A stretch of 64,000 nt of DNA from Holophagales bacterium UBA5066. GTDB lineage: Bacteria > Acidobacteriota > Thermoanaerobaculia > UBA5066. The translations under genes were made by a program, and so were the position numbers. Every line of letters begins with the position of its first letter. Position 1 is the stretch's first letter. Under the pieces are notes generated by a model, which saw only the letters and a program-made list of their open reading frames with translations, had not been told where the DNA came from and searched no databases. Of this stretch, positions 44,444 through 54,400 are shown one piece after another. The DNA lies in contig DIAY01000107.1 in assembly GCA_002414905.1 (NCBI GenBank), positions 11,009 to 75,008 on the forward strand. Reading direction: 5' to 3'.

Positions 44444-46857
44444 TCGGGATGGCCGACGAGATCACGATCGGCGACGCCGTCCAGATTCCCGACCTCCTCC
44501 CGGTCCTCCCGCTGAAGGACGTCGTCCTCTTTCCCTACGTCATCGTCCCGCTCTCCGTCTCGCGGGAGAAGTCCATCGCCGCCGTCGACGCGGCTCTCGC
44601 CGAACAGCGGATTCTTCTGCTCCTCGCTCAGAAGGATCCCTCCGTGGAGGAACCGGGTCCGGCGGACCTCTACGAGACGGGGACGGCGGCCGCGGTGATG
44701 CGAATGCTCAAGCTCCCCGACGGCCGGATCCGCCTCCTCGTCCAGGGCCTCTCGAGGGTCCGGGTCGACGGGTACGTCCAGGAAAGCCCGTCGCTGCGCG
44801 CCAAGGCCGTGAGGATTGCCGAGCCCGATGTCACGCACGCCGCATCGGAGGAGGTCGAAGCGCTCCTGCGCGCGGTGAAGGAGGGGCTCGAAAAGGCGAT
44901 CGGCCTGGGCAAGACGATCTCGCCGGAGGTCATGCTCGTCGCCGCGGGTCTCGACGACCCCGCCCGCCTCGCCGATCTCGCCGCATCGAACCTCGACCTG
45001 AAGCTCGACGAGGCGCAGAAGATCCTCGAGATCCTTCCGGGAGTCGACCGGCTGAAGGCGGTCCTCGAGATCCTGCGGCGTGAGCTCCGTGTCCTGACCG
45101 TCCAGCAGGAGATCTCGGGGGTGGCGCGGGGAGAGATCGACAAGAGCCAGCGCGAATACTTCCTGCGGCAGCAGCTCAAGGCGATCCAGCAGGAGCTCGG
45201 CGTCACCGACGACGTCGCCGAGGAGGTCGAGCAGTACCGCAAGAAGCTCGAAGGCAAGTCCCTCCCTCCCGAGGCCCGGGAGGAGGTCGACAAGCAGCTG
45301 AAACGGCTCGAACGGAGCAATCCGGAGTCGGCCGAGACGGCGATGATCCGGACCTTCCTCGACTGGATCACGGGCCTTCCCTGGGGTGTCTTCTCGCAGG
45401 ACAACCTCGAGCTTGCCCGCGCGCGGACGATTCTGGACGAGGACCACTACGGCCTCGAGAAGCCCAAGGAACGGATCCTCGAGTTCCTCGCCGTCCGCAA
45501 GCTCGCGCCCGACAGCAAGGGGCCGATCCTCTGTTTCGTGGGGCCTCCCGGCGTCGGAAAGACCTCCCTCGGCAAGTCGATCGCCCGTTCCCTGGACCGG
45601 AAGTTCATCCAGATGTCGCTCGGCGGCGTGAGGGACGAAGCCGAGATCCGCGGGCACCGGCGGACGTACGTCGGAGCGCTCCCCGGCCGGATCGTCCAGG
45701 GGATCAACCAGGCCGCGACCTCGAACCCTGTCTTCATTCTCGACGAGGTCGACAAGATCGGAGCGGACTTCCGCGGCGACCCGTCGTCGGCTCTCCTCGA
45801 GGTCCTCGACCCGGAGCAGAACCGGACATTCCGCGACCACTACCTCGGGGTTCCCTACGATCTCTCGAAGGTCCTCTTCATCACGACGGCGAACATCCTC
45901 GACACGATCCAGCCCGCGTTCCTCGACCGGATGGAGGTCATCCGGCTCTCGGGGTACACGCTCGAAGAGAAGCTCGCAATCGCCAGGCGCCACCTCGTCC
46001 CGAAACAGCTGAAGGAGAATGGCCTCACGCCGAAGGGGCTCGTGTTTTCCGAGGACGCCCTCCGGACCGTGATCGAGGAATACACCCGGGAGGCGGGCCT
46101 CCGGAACCTGGAGCGAGAGATCGGGAGCTGCTGCCGGAAGGTGGCCGTGAGAATCGCGTCGGGCGACGCCCGGGCGGTGAAGATGACGCCGGCCCTCGTG
46201 CGCGAGCTCCTCGGGGTCCCGAAGTTTCGCAGCGACGAGGCCCTCTCCCGCAACGAGGTCGGCGCGGCGACCGGCCTCGCCTGGACCGCGGTCGGCGGCG
46301 ACGTCCTGATCGTCGAGGCCCGCGCCCTGAAGGGAAAGGGTCGCCTGCAGCTCACCGGCCAGCTCGGCGACGTCATGAAGGAGTCGGCGCAGGCGGCGCT
46401 CACGCTCCTTCGGTCCCGGGCGAAGGAGCTGGGCCTTTCCGCCGGTTTCTTCGAGACTCATGACGTTCACGTCCACGTCCCCGAGGGAGCAATCCCGAAG
46501 GACGGCCCATCCGCCGGCGTCACGATGCTCACGGCGATGGTCTCCGCCTTCACCGGATTGCCGGTCCGGCACGACGTCGCGATGACCGGCGAGATCACGC
46601 TCCGGGGGGAGGTCCTCCCGATCGGCGGTCTGAAGGAGAAGGCGCTCGCCGCCCGCCGCGCCGGCATCTCGACGATCATCCTGCCCTCCCGTAACGAGCG
46701 GGACCTCGCCGACATCCCCGAAGACCTTCGACGCAACCTGCGATTCGTCTTCGTCGATCGCGCCGAACAGGTCCTCGAGACGGCCCTCGTGAAGCGCCGG
46801 AAGGCTCGGAGCACCGTACCTGGCCCGAGGACCGGCGCGCGGAGGAAACCGGCATGA
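44440..46857 (+). CDS. lon: ATP-dependent Lon protease (LonA)
   Basis: 805 aa. LON N-domain (LPVLPLKDVVLFPYVIVPL), AAA+ Walker A GPPGVGKTSLGKSIA, and a protease domain with PKDGPSAG (catalytic Ser) and ...GGLKEK... GTG 44440 forms GTGA with the hsp20 stop. ATG 44449 is an alternative start. Confidence 0.93.
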   Translation: MIGMADEITIGDAVQIPDLLPVLPLKDVVLFPYVIVPLSVSREKSIAAVDAALAEQRILLLLAQKDPSVEEPGPADLYETGTAAAVMRMLKLPDGRIRLLVQGLSRVRVDGYVQESPSLRAKAVRIAEPDVTHAASEEVEALLRAVKEGLEKAIGLGKTISPEVMLVAAGLDDPARLADLAASNLDLKLDEAQKILEILPGVDRLKAVLEILRRELRVLTVQQEISGVARGEIDKSQREYFLRQQLKAIQQELGVTDDVAEEVEQYRKKLEGKSLPPEAREEVDKQLKRLERSNPESAETAMIRTFLDWITGLPWGVFSQDNLELARARTILDEDHYGLEKPKERILEFLAVRKLAPDSKGPILCFVGPPGVGKTSLGKSIARSLDRKFIQMSLGGVRDEAEIRGHRRTYVGALPGRIVQGINQAATSNPVFILDEVDKIGADFRGDPSSALLEVLDPEQNRTFRDHYLGVPYDLSKVLFITTANILDTIQPAFLDRMEVIRLSGYTLEEKLAIARRHLVPKQLKENGLTPKGLVFSEDALRTVIEEYTREAGLRNLEREIGSCCRKVAVRIASGDARAVKMTPALVRELLGVPKFRSDEALSRNEVGAATGLAWTAVGGDVLIVEARALKGKGRLQLTGQLGDVMKESAQAALTLLRSRAKELGLSAGFFETHDVHVHVPEGAIPKDGPSAGVTMLTAMVSAFTGLPVRHDVAMTGEITLRGEVLPIGGLKEKALAARRAGISTIILPSRNERDLADIPEDLRRNLRFVFVDRAEQVLETALVKRRKARSTVPGPRTGARRKPA

Positions 46858-47891
46858 AGGCTCTCCCGTCCGAGAACGATCTCCTCCGGCGCTTCGAGAG
46901 TCTCTTCGCCACGCGCCGGCGGGACGTGAAAGTGGGTGTCGGAGACGACGCCGCCGTCCTCGCCGCCCCCGCTCTGCTCGCCGTCTGCACGGACGCCCTC
47001 GTCGAGGGGGAGGACTTCACCTCCGGCACCGACCCGTACCTCGTCGGCCGAAAGGCGCTGAACGTCAACCTGTCCGATCTCGCCGCGATGGGAGCGGCGC
47101 CTCTGCACGCGCTCCTGACGCTCGGCCTCCCGCGCCAGACCCCGGTGGCGTGGCTCGACGGATTCCTCGACGGATTTCGCGCCGCCGCCCGTGAGCAGGC
47201 CGTCGTGATCGTCGGCGGGGACCTCTCGGCCTCCATCGAGCGGTTCGCCTCGGTCACCGCGCTCGGACGCGTCCCCGCGTCGGGGCCCCTGCGGCGAGGC
47301 GGCGGGAATCCGGGCGACGAGCTCTGGGTCTCGGGCACCCTGGGCGCCGCCGCCGCGGGACTCTCTCTGGTGCTTCGCGGATATCGCCGTGATCGCGAGG
47401 GAAAGGTGACCGCTCCGCACGGCCGCCGGGTCTCGCCGGTTCGGCGCGACGAGATCGCGCGCCTCCTCCGGCACCTCCTCGACCCACGGCCGATGATCGA
47501 CCTGGGACGGATGCTCGCCGAGGGAGAGATCGCGTCGGCGGCCATCGACCTCTCCGACGGCTTCGCCCGCGACCTCCACCGTCTTTGCCGTGCGTCGGGG
47601 ACCGGGGCCTGCGTCGAACGGGAGGCGCTACCGGTCGACTCCGGGCTCGCGACGATGCCCGGCCTGCCCTCCGATCCGTACGACCTCGCCCTGTTCGGCG
47701 GCGAAGACTACGGCCTCCTCTTCGCGGTCCCGCCCCAGCGACTCCGCGCGATGGGAAAGGTCGCGGCCCGCTTCGCGGTCCGCCGGATCGGCCGTCTGGA
47801 CGCTACGTCGAAGATCGTTCTCGCCGAGGGGGGCCGCCTGTCCCCGCTGCCGGACCGGGGCTTCGACCACTTCGCCAGGGACGCCAGGTGA
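46854..47891 (+). CDS. thiL: Thiamine-monophosphate kinase
   Basis: 345 aa. AIR-synthase-like fold with GVGDDAAVL...CTDALVEGEDF...GRKALNVNLSDLAAMGA motifs. ATGA overlap with the lon stop. Confidence 0.88.
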   Translation: MKALPSENDLLRRFESLFATRRRDVKVGVGDDAAVLAAPALLAVCTDALVEGEDFTSGTDPYLVGRKALNVNLSDLAAMGAAPLHALLTLGLPRQTPVAWLDGFLDGFRAAAREQAVVIVGGDLSASIERFASVTALGRVPASGPLRRGGGNPGDELWVSGTLGAAAAGLSLVLRGYRRDREGKVTAPHGRRVSPVRRDEIARLLRHLLDPRPMIDLGRMLAEGEIASAAIDLSDGFARDLHRLCRASGTGACVEREALPVDSGLATMPGLPSDPYDLALFGGEDYGLLFAVPPQRLRAMGKVAARFAVRRIGRLDATSKIVLAEGGRLSPLPDRGFDHFARDAR

Positions 47892-48469
47892 TCCTTCAGG
47901 GCCCTGGGCCCCAGGAGCGCGAGGATCGTCCTGGCACCCCCCGGGAGACGAGACCACCGAACCTGCCTCTCCCGTCCGGGAGCGGCGGGTTCGGGAAGTT
48001 CAAGGCCCGGTTCCTGGAGATGCTCGGTCGGCACGACGAGCCGGAGAAGGTCGCCGCATCCTTCGCAATCGGTGTCGCGATCGCCTTCACGCCTCTCCTG
48101 GGCTTCCACTGGATCATTGCCGTCCTCCTCGCGGTCGTCCTGAAGCTCAACAAGCTCGACGTCTTCCTCGGAACGCTCGTCGTCAACCCCCTGACCCTGG
48201 GTCCCGTCAGCGCGGTGGCCCTGCCTCTGGGCCGCCTCGTGGTACGGGCGCGACAGGAGGCGGTGTCGCACATGCCGTGGGCCGACCTGCTACGACCCGC
48301 TGCGTGGGCACAGGCCGCGCCCGCGATGAGAACGATCGGGCTCCAGTGGGCCATCGGGATGTTCGCCCTCTCGATCTTCTTCGGGGCGCTGACCTACCTC
48401 ACTCTCGTCCGGGTCCTCCGAAAGCGGCGCGCGCGCGCCGCGCTGATCCCGCCCGATTTCGCGGACTGA
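47888..48469 (+). CDS. DUF2062 family membrane protein
   Basis: About 193 aa from GTG 47888, forming GTGA with the thiL stop. DUF2062-type core PEKVAASFAIGVAIAFTPLLGFHWIIAVLLAVVL...NPLT. Confidence 0.7.
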   Translation: MILQGPGPQEREDRPGTPRETRPPNLPLPSGSGGFGKFKARFLEMLGRHDEPEKVAASFAIGVAIAFTPLLGFHWIIAVLLAVVLKLNKLDVFLGTLVVNPLTLGPVSAVALPLGRLVVRARQEAVSHMPWADLLRPAAWAQAAPAMRTIGLQWAIGMFALSIFFGALTYLTLVRVLRKRRARAALIPPDFAD

Positions 48470-48672
48470 CCTCGGCGCAGAGGCGCCGGGCGAAACGACC
48501 ACCGCCTCGAATCGCCGTCTCGCCCCGGGCGGCGCGCCGTGCTGGTCCGGGGTGTACGCTCTACCTCGTCAAAAGGTCGAATCATCGGACGACAGGGGTG
48601 ACTCCTCACGGGGTGGCCTCGTTTCCGGCACTTTAGGCAGGCGGAAAAGTTCCGATAGAGAGGGGGCGTGAA

Positions 48673-49218
48673 ATGGCAAACGTCAACGAGAAGCTCGCGA
48701 CGACCCGCGTGGAATACGAGCAGGCCGCCAGGGGGATCCGGGATCCGAAGGCGACCGTCCTGGCGCTCGGCGAAGATCTCTACCGGTTCTCGAGCAGCCG
48801 GACGCCCGGTTCCGGCGCGCCGATGCCGGCCATCCGGCAGACCAGCGGCCCCTGGTGGTTCCGAAGCCACGACTGGCAGAAGATCCTGAGAACCTACCTG
48901 AAAGGACCCTTCCGCCTCGGGACCGTCGCCCGTTTCGCCGGAGCGGTCCAGTGGTCGTGGAGCGACATGGACATTCTCCTGAAGGCGCGGGTGACGCAGG
49001 GGATCGAAGCCTGGGAAGGGACCGGGCTCCCTCAGTTCCGCGACATCCTGCCGAACGGCATGACGGTGACGCTGAAGGGATTCCCGGACGTCGTGCAGCT
49101 CTACATCCCGGGGATGCCGGACGCCGCACACGCCCTCCGGCTCGTTGACCGGCTCTCGATCGCGAGCTCGACCGCGCACGGTGACGCGACGGGCGGGCCC
49201 TACGGCGAGGCACGCTGA
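48673..49218 (+). CDS. Hypothetical protein (181 aa, no recognised domain)
   Basis: ATG is preceded by a GAGGGGG SD. Strong G/C third-position bias and a protein-like composition (Trp-rich: GPWWFRSHDW, VQWSWSDMD, IEAWEG). It is preceded by a 203-bp gap. The 3' end overlaps the convergent TPR gene by 19 nt. Confidence 0.65.
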   Translation: MANVNEKLATTRVEYEQAARGIRDPKATVLALGEDLYRFSSSRTPGSGAPMPAIRQTSGPWWFRSHDWQKILRTYLKGPFRLGTVARFAGAVQWSWSDMDILLKARVTQGIEAWEGTGLPQFRDILPNGMTVTLKGFPDVVQLYIPGMPDAAHALRLVDRLSIASSTAHGDATGGPYGEAR

Positions 49219-51302
49219 GATGGTGAGGCCGTCACCCGGAACTCCTCGATCCTCGCCCTCAGGCTGAGATTCCTCGCGGGCCTGCCGAACGCCCGCTCGA
49301 TCGCGGGCAGCGTCGTGGACGCGATGCCTCGCGCCAGAGGCGCGCGGCCTGCGAGCTCGAGCAGCAGCCGGGCGGGCTTCGGATCCCGCGGAGCGGCACG
49401 CACGGCGCGGCCGAGCTCGGCGGCAGCAGCAACGACATTGCCCCGGGCCTCGTAGCGCTCCGCGAGGAAGAGGCGAGCTTCGAGCCCGCCGGGCTCCGCC
49501 AGGACCGCCCGACGCGCCTCTGACAGCGCCTCCGCCTCTTGCCCGAGAGCCGAGAGCGTTCGTGCCAGGCCGGTGTGCGCCCGGGCGCCTCCGTGTTCGA
49601 CGGCGAGGGCCCGGCGCCAGACCGCCCGGGCCTCCTCGAGCCGCCCGAGAGAATGGAGGAGCGTCGCACGGTGAAGGAGGAGCGGCACAGAGCGCGGGAG
49701 ACGCTGGAGTCCGTCGGCGCAGGCACGCTCCGCCTCCACGAGCCGCCCCGCTTCCTCCTCGGCCTTCGCGAGCCCCTGCCAGCCGATCTCGTAGTCCGTC
49801 CTGAGCGACAGCGCGCGGCGGTAGAAGGTCCGGGCGTCGTCCCACCGGGCCTCCTTCCGGGCGATGCGGGCGAGGAGCGCCCACGCGTCGTAGTACCTCG
49901 GAAACAGCGCGACCGCCTTCTCGAGGCTCGACCGTGCCGCGACGGTCTCGCCGCGCCCGGCCGCCACGGAGGCGACGTTGTACCAGGCGCGAGCGGAGCG
50001 GGGGACCTGCCGGACCATCTCGCCGAAAAGCCGTTCATCGTCGTGGAAGACCTCGTTCCGCGCGACCGTCGCGGCCGCGTACGTCACGAGGACGACGCCG
50101 AGGACGGCGGCCCGGAATCCGCTCGAAAAGCCCGGGACGGCCGCGGCCAGGCCTGCCGCCGCCAGGAGGAGACCCGCGGACGGCAGGTAGGCGAGACGAT
50201 CGGCGTAGATCGTCCCGATGGGAAAGAGAATGTTCGACGTCGGCAGGATCGTTCCGAGGAAAAGGGCGATTCCAAGAGAGACGAGAGGCTGCCGGCGCAG
50301 GGCCACGAGGCCCGCCACGGCAAGCGCGAGGACGAAGGCGAGTCCGGCTCCCGCACGCGGATCCGAGAGGGACGGCAGGAGGTCGAGGGCGTGGGCAGAG
50401 TGGTCCCCCGACAACCCGAGCGGAACGAAAGTCTTCGCGACGTACCGGAGGAGTATCCAGAAGCCGTTCGCGGCCCGGACGAGATGCGGCAGCGGCGCGA
50501 GCGGGTTGTCGAGGTCGAAGAAGGCCTCCTTCCTCGAGACGAGGCCCCCCATCGCGAAGTACCGGACCGCGGCGAACGCCGCCAGGGGAAGGAGCAGGCC
50601 GGACATCGCCCGGGCCTTCCTTCCGAGCCGGGCGCCGAGCGGCTCCCCGGTGTCGCGCCGCAGGAGCTCGCCAAGGATGACGACGCCCGGAAGGACGACG
50701 GCGTTCTCTTTCGTGAAGACGGCGAGGAGGAACGCGGCGAGAGCGCCTGCGTACGGCCAGAGGCGAAGGCGTGGCCCGTCCGTCGCATGCCGGAAGAGGA
50801 GAGCCGAGAGGAAGATGAGCGACGCCACGAGGAGCTCGGCCCGGCCGACGATCCCCGTCACCGCCTCGACATGGATCGGCACGACCGCAAAGAGCGCCGC
50901 CGCCACCAGCGCAGGCCTCCGCGGCATACCGAGCGCGAGGACCCACGTGGCGAGCAGCAGGGTCGTCGCGACGTGCAGCGCGACGTTCACGGCGTGGAAC
51001 GGCAGGGGGGCCTTCCCCGTCGTCCAGCGCTGGACGGCGTACGTCAGGAGGACCACCGGCCGGAAGTTCTTCGCGGTCGCCAGCGGCCCTCCGAAGTAGT
51101 GCGTCGTGAAGATCTCGCCCACGCGGTCGGGAGACGACAGGCGCGGGTTGTCGCGGACGATGGCCTTGTCGTCGAACGTGAAGTCCGCTCGGAGACCGTT
51201 CAGGAATGGCAGAAGCGAGAGGAGGGCGAGGGCGAACGCCGCGCGACGCCCGAGCCGTCCCGGCACGGCGCTCACGGGACCGCGCGCCGGGTGGCGAGCC
51301 AT
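49200..51302 (-). CDS. GT-C-type membrane glycosyltransferase-like domain (PMT/TMTC-like) fused to C-terminal TPR repeats
   Basis: 700 aa. About 10 predicted TM segments, with an Asp-Asp in the first loop (ADFTFDDKAIVRDNP). Multiple TPR units follow (…AWYNVASVAAGRGE…, …YYDAWALLARI…, …EIGWQGLAKAEEEAG…). Confidence 0.7.
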   Translation of the reverse strand: MARHPARGPVSAVPGRLGRRAAFALALLSLLPFLNGLRADFTFDDKAIVRDNPRLSSPDRVGEIFTTHYFGGPLATAKNFRPVVLLTYAVQRWTTGKAPLPFHAVNVALHVATTLLLATWVLALGMPRRPALVAAALFAVVPIHVEAVTGIVGRAELLVASLIFLSALLFRHATDGPRLRLWPYAGALAAFLLAVFTKENAVVLPGVVILGELLRRDTGEPLGARLGRKARAMSGLLLPLAAFAAVRYFAMGGLVSRKEAFFDLDNPLAPLPHLVRAANGFWILLRYVAKTFVPLGLSGDHSAHALDLLPSLSDPRAGAGLAFVLALAVAGLVALRRQPLVSLGIALFLGTILPTSNILFPIGTIYADRLAYLPSAGLLLAAAGLAAAVPGFSSGFRAAVLGVVLVTYAAATVARNEVFHDDERLFGEMVRQVPRSARAWYNVASVAAGRGETVAARSSLEKAVALFPRYYDAWALLARIARKEARWDDARTFYRRALSLRTDYEIGWQGLAKAEEEAGRLVEAERACADGLQRLPRSVPLLLHRATLLHSLGRLEEARAVWRRALAVEHGGARAHTGLARTLSALGQEAEALSEARRAVLAEPGGLEARLFLAERYEARGNVVAAAAELGRAVRAAPRDPKPARLLLELAGRAPLARGIASTTLPAIERAFGRPARNLSLRARIEEFRVTASPSQRASP

Positions 51303-51411
51303 TTCACGAGGGCATCTCCGAAGACGGGTGTCGCCGCCACGACGAGGAGAAACGGGGTGGCGCAGGCGCGCAGGAGAAGTGGCGGAAGGGCACGCATAGA
51401 GGCGTCCGAGT

Positions 51412-54400
51412 CTAGTCGGTGATGGACAGCCGCTTCATCTCGTAGAGGAGCGACTGCCGGGACAGATCGAGGATGGCGGCCGCCCTGGTCCGGTTCCCCC
51501 CGGCCTCGGCGAGCGTCTCGAGGATCACCCTCCTCTTCGCCTCGTCCACGGCTTCCCGGTATCGGCCCTTCCCCGGCCGCGGCGCCGCCGTCGCGACGCG
51601 AAGTGGCGGCGGCAGGTGTTCCCGCTCCACCCGGCTTCCGGGTCCTGCCATCGCCCTGGCCACCTCGATCGCCGAGAGGAGCTCGCGGACGTTTCCGGGC
51701 CAGCTCCACGAAAGGAGCGCCGCCCGGGCCTGCGGGGCGACCGGCGTTCCGGCGAGCGCCCGCTCCAGCAGGACCCTCAGGTCTCGTGGCCTGTCCCTGA
51801 GGGGCGGCAGCGTGACCGTGATGCCGGCGATGCGATACAGGAGGTCTCCCCGAAAACGTCCCTCCCCGACGAGCCGCACGAGGTCGCGATGCGTGGCGGC
51901 GACGAGCCTCAGGTCCACCGCCCTGGTCCGCGTCTCGCCAAGGCGCCGGACCTCGCGCTCCTGCAGGACCCGCAGGAGCTTCGCCTGGACCTGCGCCGAA
52001 AGGTCACCGATCTCGTCCAGGAACAGCGTGCCGCCGGAGGACGCCTCGACGACCCCCGGCCGGTCCCGGTCGGCGCCGGTGAACGCTCCCCTCACGGCGC
52101 CGAAGAGCTCCGCCTCGGCGAGCGTTTCGGGAAGCGCCGCGACGTTCAACGCCACGAACGGGCCGCTCCGTCCCGAGGCACGGTGGATCTCGCGCGCCAC
52201 CAGCTCCTTCCCCGTGCCGCTCTCGCCGAGGACGAGGACGGAGATGCGATGAGGCGCCACGCGCCGCACCGTGTCGAAGACTTCTCGAGTCGCGGCGTCC
52301 TCGGCCACCAGGGAAGGCGTCGGCGGCCCCGCGACGACCGCCTCCGGGCGGGCACTGGATGCGGTCAGCTCCTGAAAACGGGCAGCGGCGCCGTCGAGAC
52401 CGGCTCGTCGCGCCGCGCGCTGGCCCAGTTGCCGGAGAGGGGCCGACTCCTCTCCTGCGAAGAACGCGGGGTATCGACCGCGCCACTCGAGGAGACGCGT
52501 CGCGACCTCGAGCGGACCGTCCGGACGATCGAGGAGGCCGGCGAGCGCCTGTCGGACGGCGGCCGGCGGCGCGAGGCCCCTCGCGAGACGGTCCTCGCCT
52601 TCGAAGAGCGTCTGTTGCACCGCGTCGAGCTCCGGCGGGACCGGAGCCGTCCGATGGAGGTCGCGCCGAGCCGACGCCACGAGCCGGACCCGATAGGGCT
52701 CGACGCCGCTGCGGGCGTCCGGCCGGGGCTCGGCCTCCTCGAGCCTCGCGAGCGCCTCGGCGGCAGATCCGCACGCGAGCAGACGCGCCCCCTCGAGGAC
52801 GAGGATCTCCCGGAGCGCCGGATGTTCCTCGTCGCCGGCCTCGAGTCTCGAGACGGCCTCTCCGAACGCCTCTGCCCCGTCGACGTCGTCCCCGTCCGCG
52901 AGGGCGAGACGTTGCCGGAGGGGAATCGAGAAGAGGAGCTGAAAGGTCCGTCCCGGCAATCGGTCGTGCGCAAGGACCTTCTTCAGGTCGTGCTGCGCCG
53001 CCTGCACGTCGCTTCTCCGGAGGGCCAGCGCGGCCCGTTGCCCGAGCGCGGTGAGATAGCGGTCCCTTTCGCCGAGCGAGGAGAAGAGCGCGAGGGCTTC
53101 CGCCAGGGACGACTCCGCCTCCGCCAGCGCTCCGTCCTCGGCCGCGGCCACCGAGAGGTCGTAAAGCGCGTCGGCCTTTCTCGAGGGGGTGCGGGCCTCG
53201 TCGCAAGCGGAGCGGAAGAAGGCCCTCGCCTCGCACGGGCGACCGAGGCCGAGCGCGAGGTACCCCGCGGTGAAGGCCTCGTCGACGAGCTCCTCCTCAC
53301 CGGCGGAAACCGGGAGCGCCGCGGCGACGGCCCTCAGCTCCTCCTCGGCGGCAACGAGCTCCTGCCTCCGTTCGTGGAGCTCGGCACGCAGGAGGTGAAC
53401 ACGGGCGGCGCACGACCCCTCGCCCGGGCCGAAGGCCTCGAGAATTCCCGCCGCCTCCGGCTCCCGGCGCAACCGAAGGAGGAGCTCGACCCGCGCGAGG
53501 AGCTCTTCGCGATTTCCATTCGCCGGCAGGAGCGAGAGGGCCTTCTCTCCTTCTCCCAGGCGCGCCAGGAGCCGCGCCGCCTCCCGCCGACGGACATACG
53601 GCTCCTCCAGAGCGCGGTGTGCGTCGATGCGCGCGGCGGACGCCCGCGCGTCCTCCATCCTCCCCGCCGCCGCATGGACCTGAGTGGCGAGGAGCGGCTC
53701 CCCGAGGTCGGGAGCCGCCCTCGGGGCCCGGGCGAGAAGGGCCGTGGCCTCCTCCAGCCGGCCCGATCGGACCGCATCCTCGAGGCGAACTCGGGCAGTC
53801 TCGACGTCGGAGCCTCCTCCCCACGCGGCCAGGCGCGCCAGAAGGAGCCGGTGAGGTCCGGCACCGGACTCCTCGAGGCGCGCGAGGCACGACTCCCGCT
53901 CCGCCCGCGTGAGCTCCGATTCGAGCCGGCGTCGCTCCTCGTCGCGGGAGAAGCCGTACGTGCCGCGAGACGAACGGAGGAGCACCCCGGCGTCGCACGA
54001 CTCCTCGAGGACCTCGGCCGCTCTCTCGGGCGAGGCGCCGCCGGCGGCCGAGGCTTCCGCGAGCGGGAAGCCGTCTCCGAGGAGTGCCGCCGCCCGGAGG
54101 ACGATATCGACGGGGACTCCCCCCCGGCGCGCGACGCCTCCCCGCCTGGGGCCAGCGAGAAACGCGCGCGCCGCCTGCCTTGCCGCACCCAGCAGGCGCA
54201 CCGGGTCGCCAGCCGCCCTGGCCGCCAGCTCCTCCCAGAAACGCGAGAAGGCCGGCGCGGACGCGAACGGCAGGTGAACGAGGCCCGAAATCTCCTCACG
54301 GCCGAGACGCGGCGTGAGAAGCGCGACGTTCTGCCAGGGCGGCGGAGCCTCGGCGCGGGTCTCGACTCTCAAGACGCCGACGAGGGTGCGAGGAAGGGCC

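Noticed and set aside
48470-48672. Small RNA, tRNA or riboswitch in the larger intergenic gaps (48470-48672, 60608-60815, 62140-62340, 55285-55405, 51303-51411).
   Set aside because: I could recognise no cloverleaf, conserved riboswitch core or 6S-like extended hairpin by eye. Only short generic stems are present. A covariance-model scan (Rfam/Infernal, tRNAscan) would be needed to exclude them formally.
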